From: Macrostomum hystrix
Taxonomy: Eukaryota > Animalia > Platyhelminthes
Direction of reading: 5' to 3'
NCBI GenBank assembly: GCA_950097015.1
Contig: CATNEN010000025.1
Location: forward strand, 620,001-684,000
DNA length: 64,000 nt
A model generated the notes under the pieces. The model was not told where the DNA came from. It searched no databases and saw nothing but the letters and a program-made list of their open reading frames with translations. How positions within the stretch are numbered: position 1 is the stretch's first letter; each line of letters opens with the position of its first letter. Made by a program: the position numbers and the translations under genes. Positions 61,760 through 64,000 of this stretch are shown in pieces.

Positions 61760-64000
61760 ATCCGTGCAGTCATATTTGTTATACTCATACGACTCAATTG
61801 ATGACTTAGCATTTGTTAGAGGGAGATTAGGGGTGGGTGCTACAGCGCCTTGCATCAGTGATAAGTAAGCATTGAAAATCTTAAAGACAGTACAGTGGGG
61901 TGACATGGGTGCAAGTGCAATTAGTAATAGCGAGTATTGAAATGACAAATAAACTAACTGCTATAGAGTGGCGCACAAATGGTACTTTTGCTAAGCTATC
62001 TGACATCTCCCCCCTAAAGTTCTGAGCATCCCCAAAGTTCGTTATGCCATCAGAGTCAGAGTCCAGTCAATCATCAAAGCTTCAGACGTTCAGGCGGCTG
62101 CCTCCGACGATGAGGGTAGCGCCTGGTCGTGCTGGCCGATCTGTCAGCGGCTTCAGCGACCGCGGCATCCGGCGGCGCATCATTGCTGCCGTTGCATCCG
62201 CTTAGCTCGGTGGGCGGCAGTGGCGGCTAATCAGCGATTCTGGCCGGTGGCTCAAGGGTAGCATCCGGCCTAGGAGAGCGTCCGAGCGAGTGTTCCGGGC
62301 CACCGCCTCAGTCGTGATGGCGGATCCAGTCTCCTTGTCCAGAAGCAGAGCGTTGACGGCTGGCTCCTCTTCAAACTGCCTGGCCAGCGGCAAGCGGAAC
62401 AGCGAGTCGCAGTTGGCGTGCTTGCTGGTGGGCTTGAACTCCAGCGAGTAGTCATAGCTGGCTAGGCGAATCGCTTAGCGCTGCATGCGCCTCCGCGTGC
62501 TCCGGAATGCCCTTGTGCTCGCCGAGGAGACCCAGGAGCGGCTTGTGGTCGGTGACGATGACGAACTTTCGGCCTTGCAGAAACTGATGCAAGCGTGCAA
62601 CCCAAACATGATCGCGAGCGCCTCCTTGTCCAGCTGCGAATAGCCCTTTTGAGTCGTCGTTAGGCTGCGGCTGGCGAAGGCTCTGTCCTCGCCGTCCACT
62701 CGATGAGTCAGCACCACACCTAGTCCGTACGGGCTGGCGTCGCATTACAGACGCAAGGGCAGCTTGGCGTCGTAGTGCATGAGCACAGGAGACTCTAGTA
62801 GAAGTCGCTTGGACCGTTTGAAGGCCTGCTGCTGAGGCTCAGCCCACGTCCAGCGCGCATTCTTCATCAGCAGCTGATTCAGCGGAGCGACCACCGTCGA
62901 AGGTGTGGCAAGAACTTGGGTCAGCAAGGGTCAACAAGGATGCTCAACAAGGGTCAGCATCCCTAGGTAGGCTCGCAGCTGACTGCAGTCTGGGTGGCGG
63001 CGCATCCTGCACTGCCGTCACCTTCTCCGCTAGTGGCCGGAGACCGTTGCTGTCGATACGATAGCCAAGATATTCAACTGAGTCGCGGAAGAACTCACAC
63101 TTGTCTTTGTTCAGCCGCAGACCCGCCTGCTGCAGCGTCTTGCCCGTCACCAGAATGTCATCGACAAAGACCTGCACAGACTCCAGATCGCCGAGCAGAG
63201 AATCCAGCGTGCGCTGAAACACGGCGCTGGCGCAGTTGATTCCGAACGGCATTCGGATCAGTTGGTATAGACCGCGCTGCGTGTTGATGGTCAACTAGGG
63301 CTTGCTGTCCTAGGACAACGGCAGCTGCAGGAACGCGTTTGACATGTCTAGTTTCGACCACTTGCAGCCGCCGCCCAGTTTGGTGAACATATCCTCGATA
63401 CGCGGCAGCGGGTACAGCTCCGGCCTGGCCTCGGCGTTGTAGGTCAGCTTGTAGTCGCCGCAGATCCTGACAGCACCATTCTTCTTGACGACCGGCACGA
63501 TTGGCGCCGCCCAGTCGGAATATTTGACAGGCTTGATGATGCCGTCAGCCTCAATCCGCCGAAGCTCCTGGTCCACGCGTCCCTGAGCGCGTAAGGAAAT
63601 GGCCGTGCCTTGAAGAAGCGCGGCTTGGCTTCCGCCAGCATGTGCAGCTTCACTTCGCCATGCCGATATGTGCCCAGGCCGCCTTGAAATACGTCGGGAA
63701 ACTGCGCCTGCACGTCTTCTGCCTCTCCAGCCACCGCGTTGACCTGCTCGAAGATCTTCGGCCAGTCGAGTCTCAGCTGCGTCAGCCAGTCCCGGCCCAG
63801 CAGCGCGACGTCACCTTGATCGACCACCAGCAGCGCTAGCCACCGAGCCTAGCCATTGTACTGAACGGCGACATCCGCCTGTCCGACAAGTCTGAAGCTC
63901 TCTCCGGTGTAGGTCCGTAGCATCGTAGAAGTCGGCGATAGCCTTAGACCTGGCAGGACCTCTCGCTGAATGCCCTTCGGGATGACGGTCAGGGCGGACC
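61760..64000 (-). mobile_element. Decayed Gypsy/Ty3 LTR retrotransposon (protease, RT, RNase H, PPT, 3' LTR)
   Basis: LLGRDWL, WAAPIVPV, RICGDYK, LDMSNAFLQ, FVDDILV, YSQLDKEALA and TDHKPL. PPT TTAGGGGGGAGA at 62017-62006 is followed by TGTCA at 62005. The LTR outer end is approximate, and the element runs off the window. Confidence 0.9.

Overview
Eukaryotic (metazoan) genomic DNA. GC-rich exons sit in AT-rich introns and spacers that are packed with minisatellites, SINEs and DNA-transposon remnants. The style resembles the flatworm Macrostomum, but this is an inference. Manual GT-AG splicing gives phase-consistent models for ORC5 (-), BPNT1 (+), an unannotated secreted multi-C2-like protein (+), an M13 neprilysin (+), FSTL4/5-like (-), KLHDC8-like (-), CCDC137-like (-) and two genes nested antisense in the 10.3 kb KLHDC8 intron. 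The nested genes are a candidate amidated neuropeptide precursor ending KK-WYEW-GK-stop and an ENPP4/5-like phosphodiesterase. Mobile elements include a hAT MITE with an 8-bp TSD, a TCCCGCTGGG-ended insertion with an empty-site paralog in the window, two tRNA-derived SINE families, a dead mariner and a deleted Gypsy. The most unusual locus is 52.96-55.93 kb. It holds an intron-containing Crypton/DUF3504-type tyrosine recombinase cassette with bipartite inverted repeats, a perfect T-shaped (parvovirus-ITR-like) palindrome, GNA-loop DNA mini-hairpins on one strand, and a second, divergent recombinase fragment. All family assignments come from motif recognition; no database search was run.
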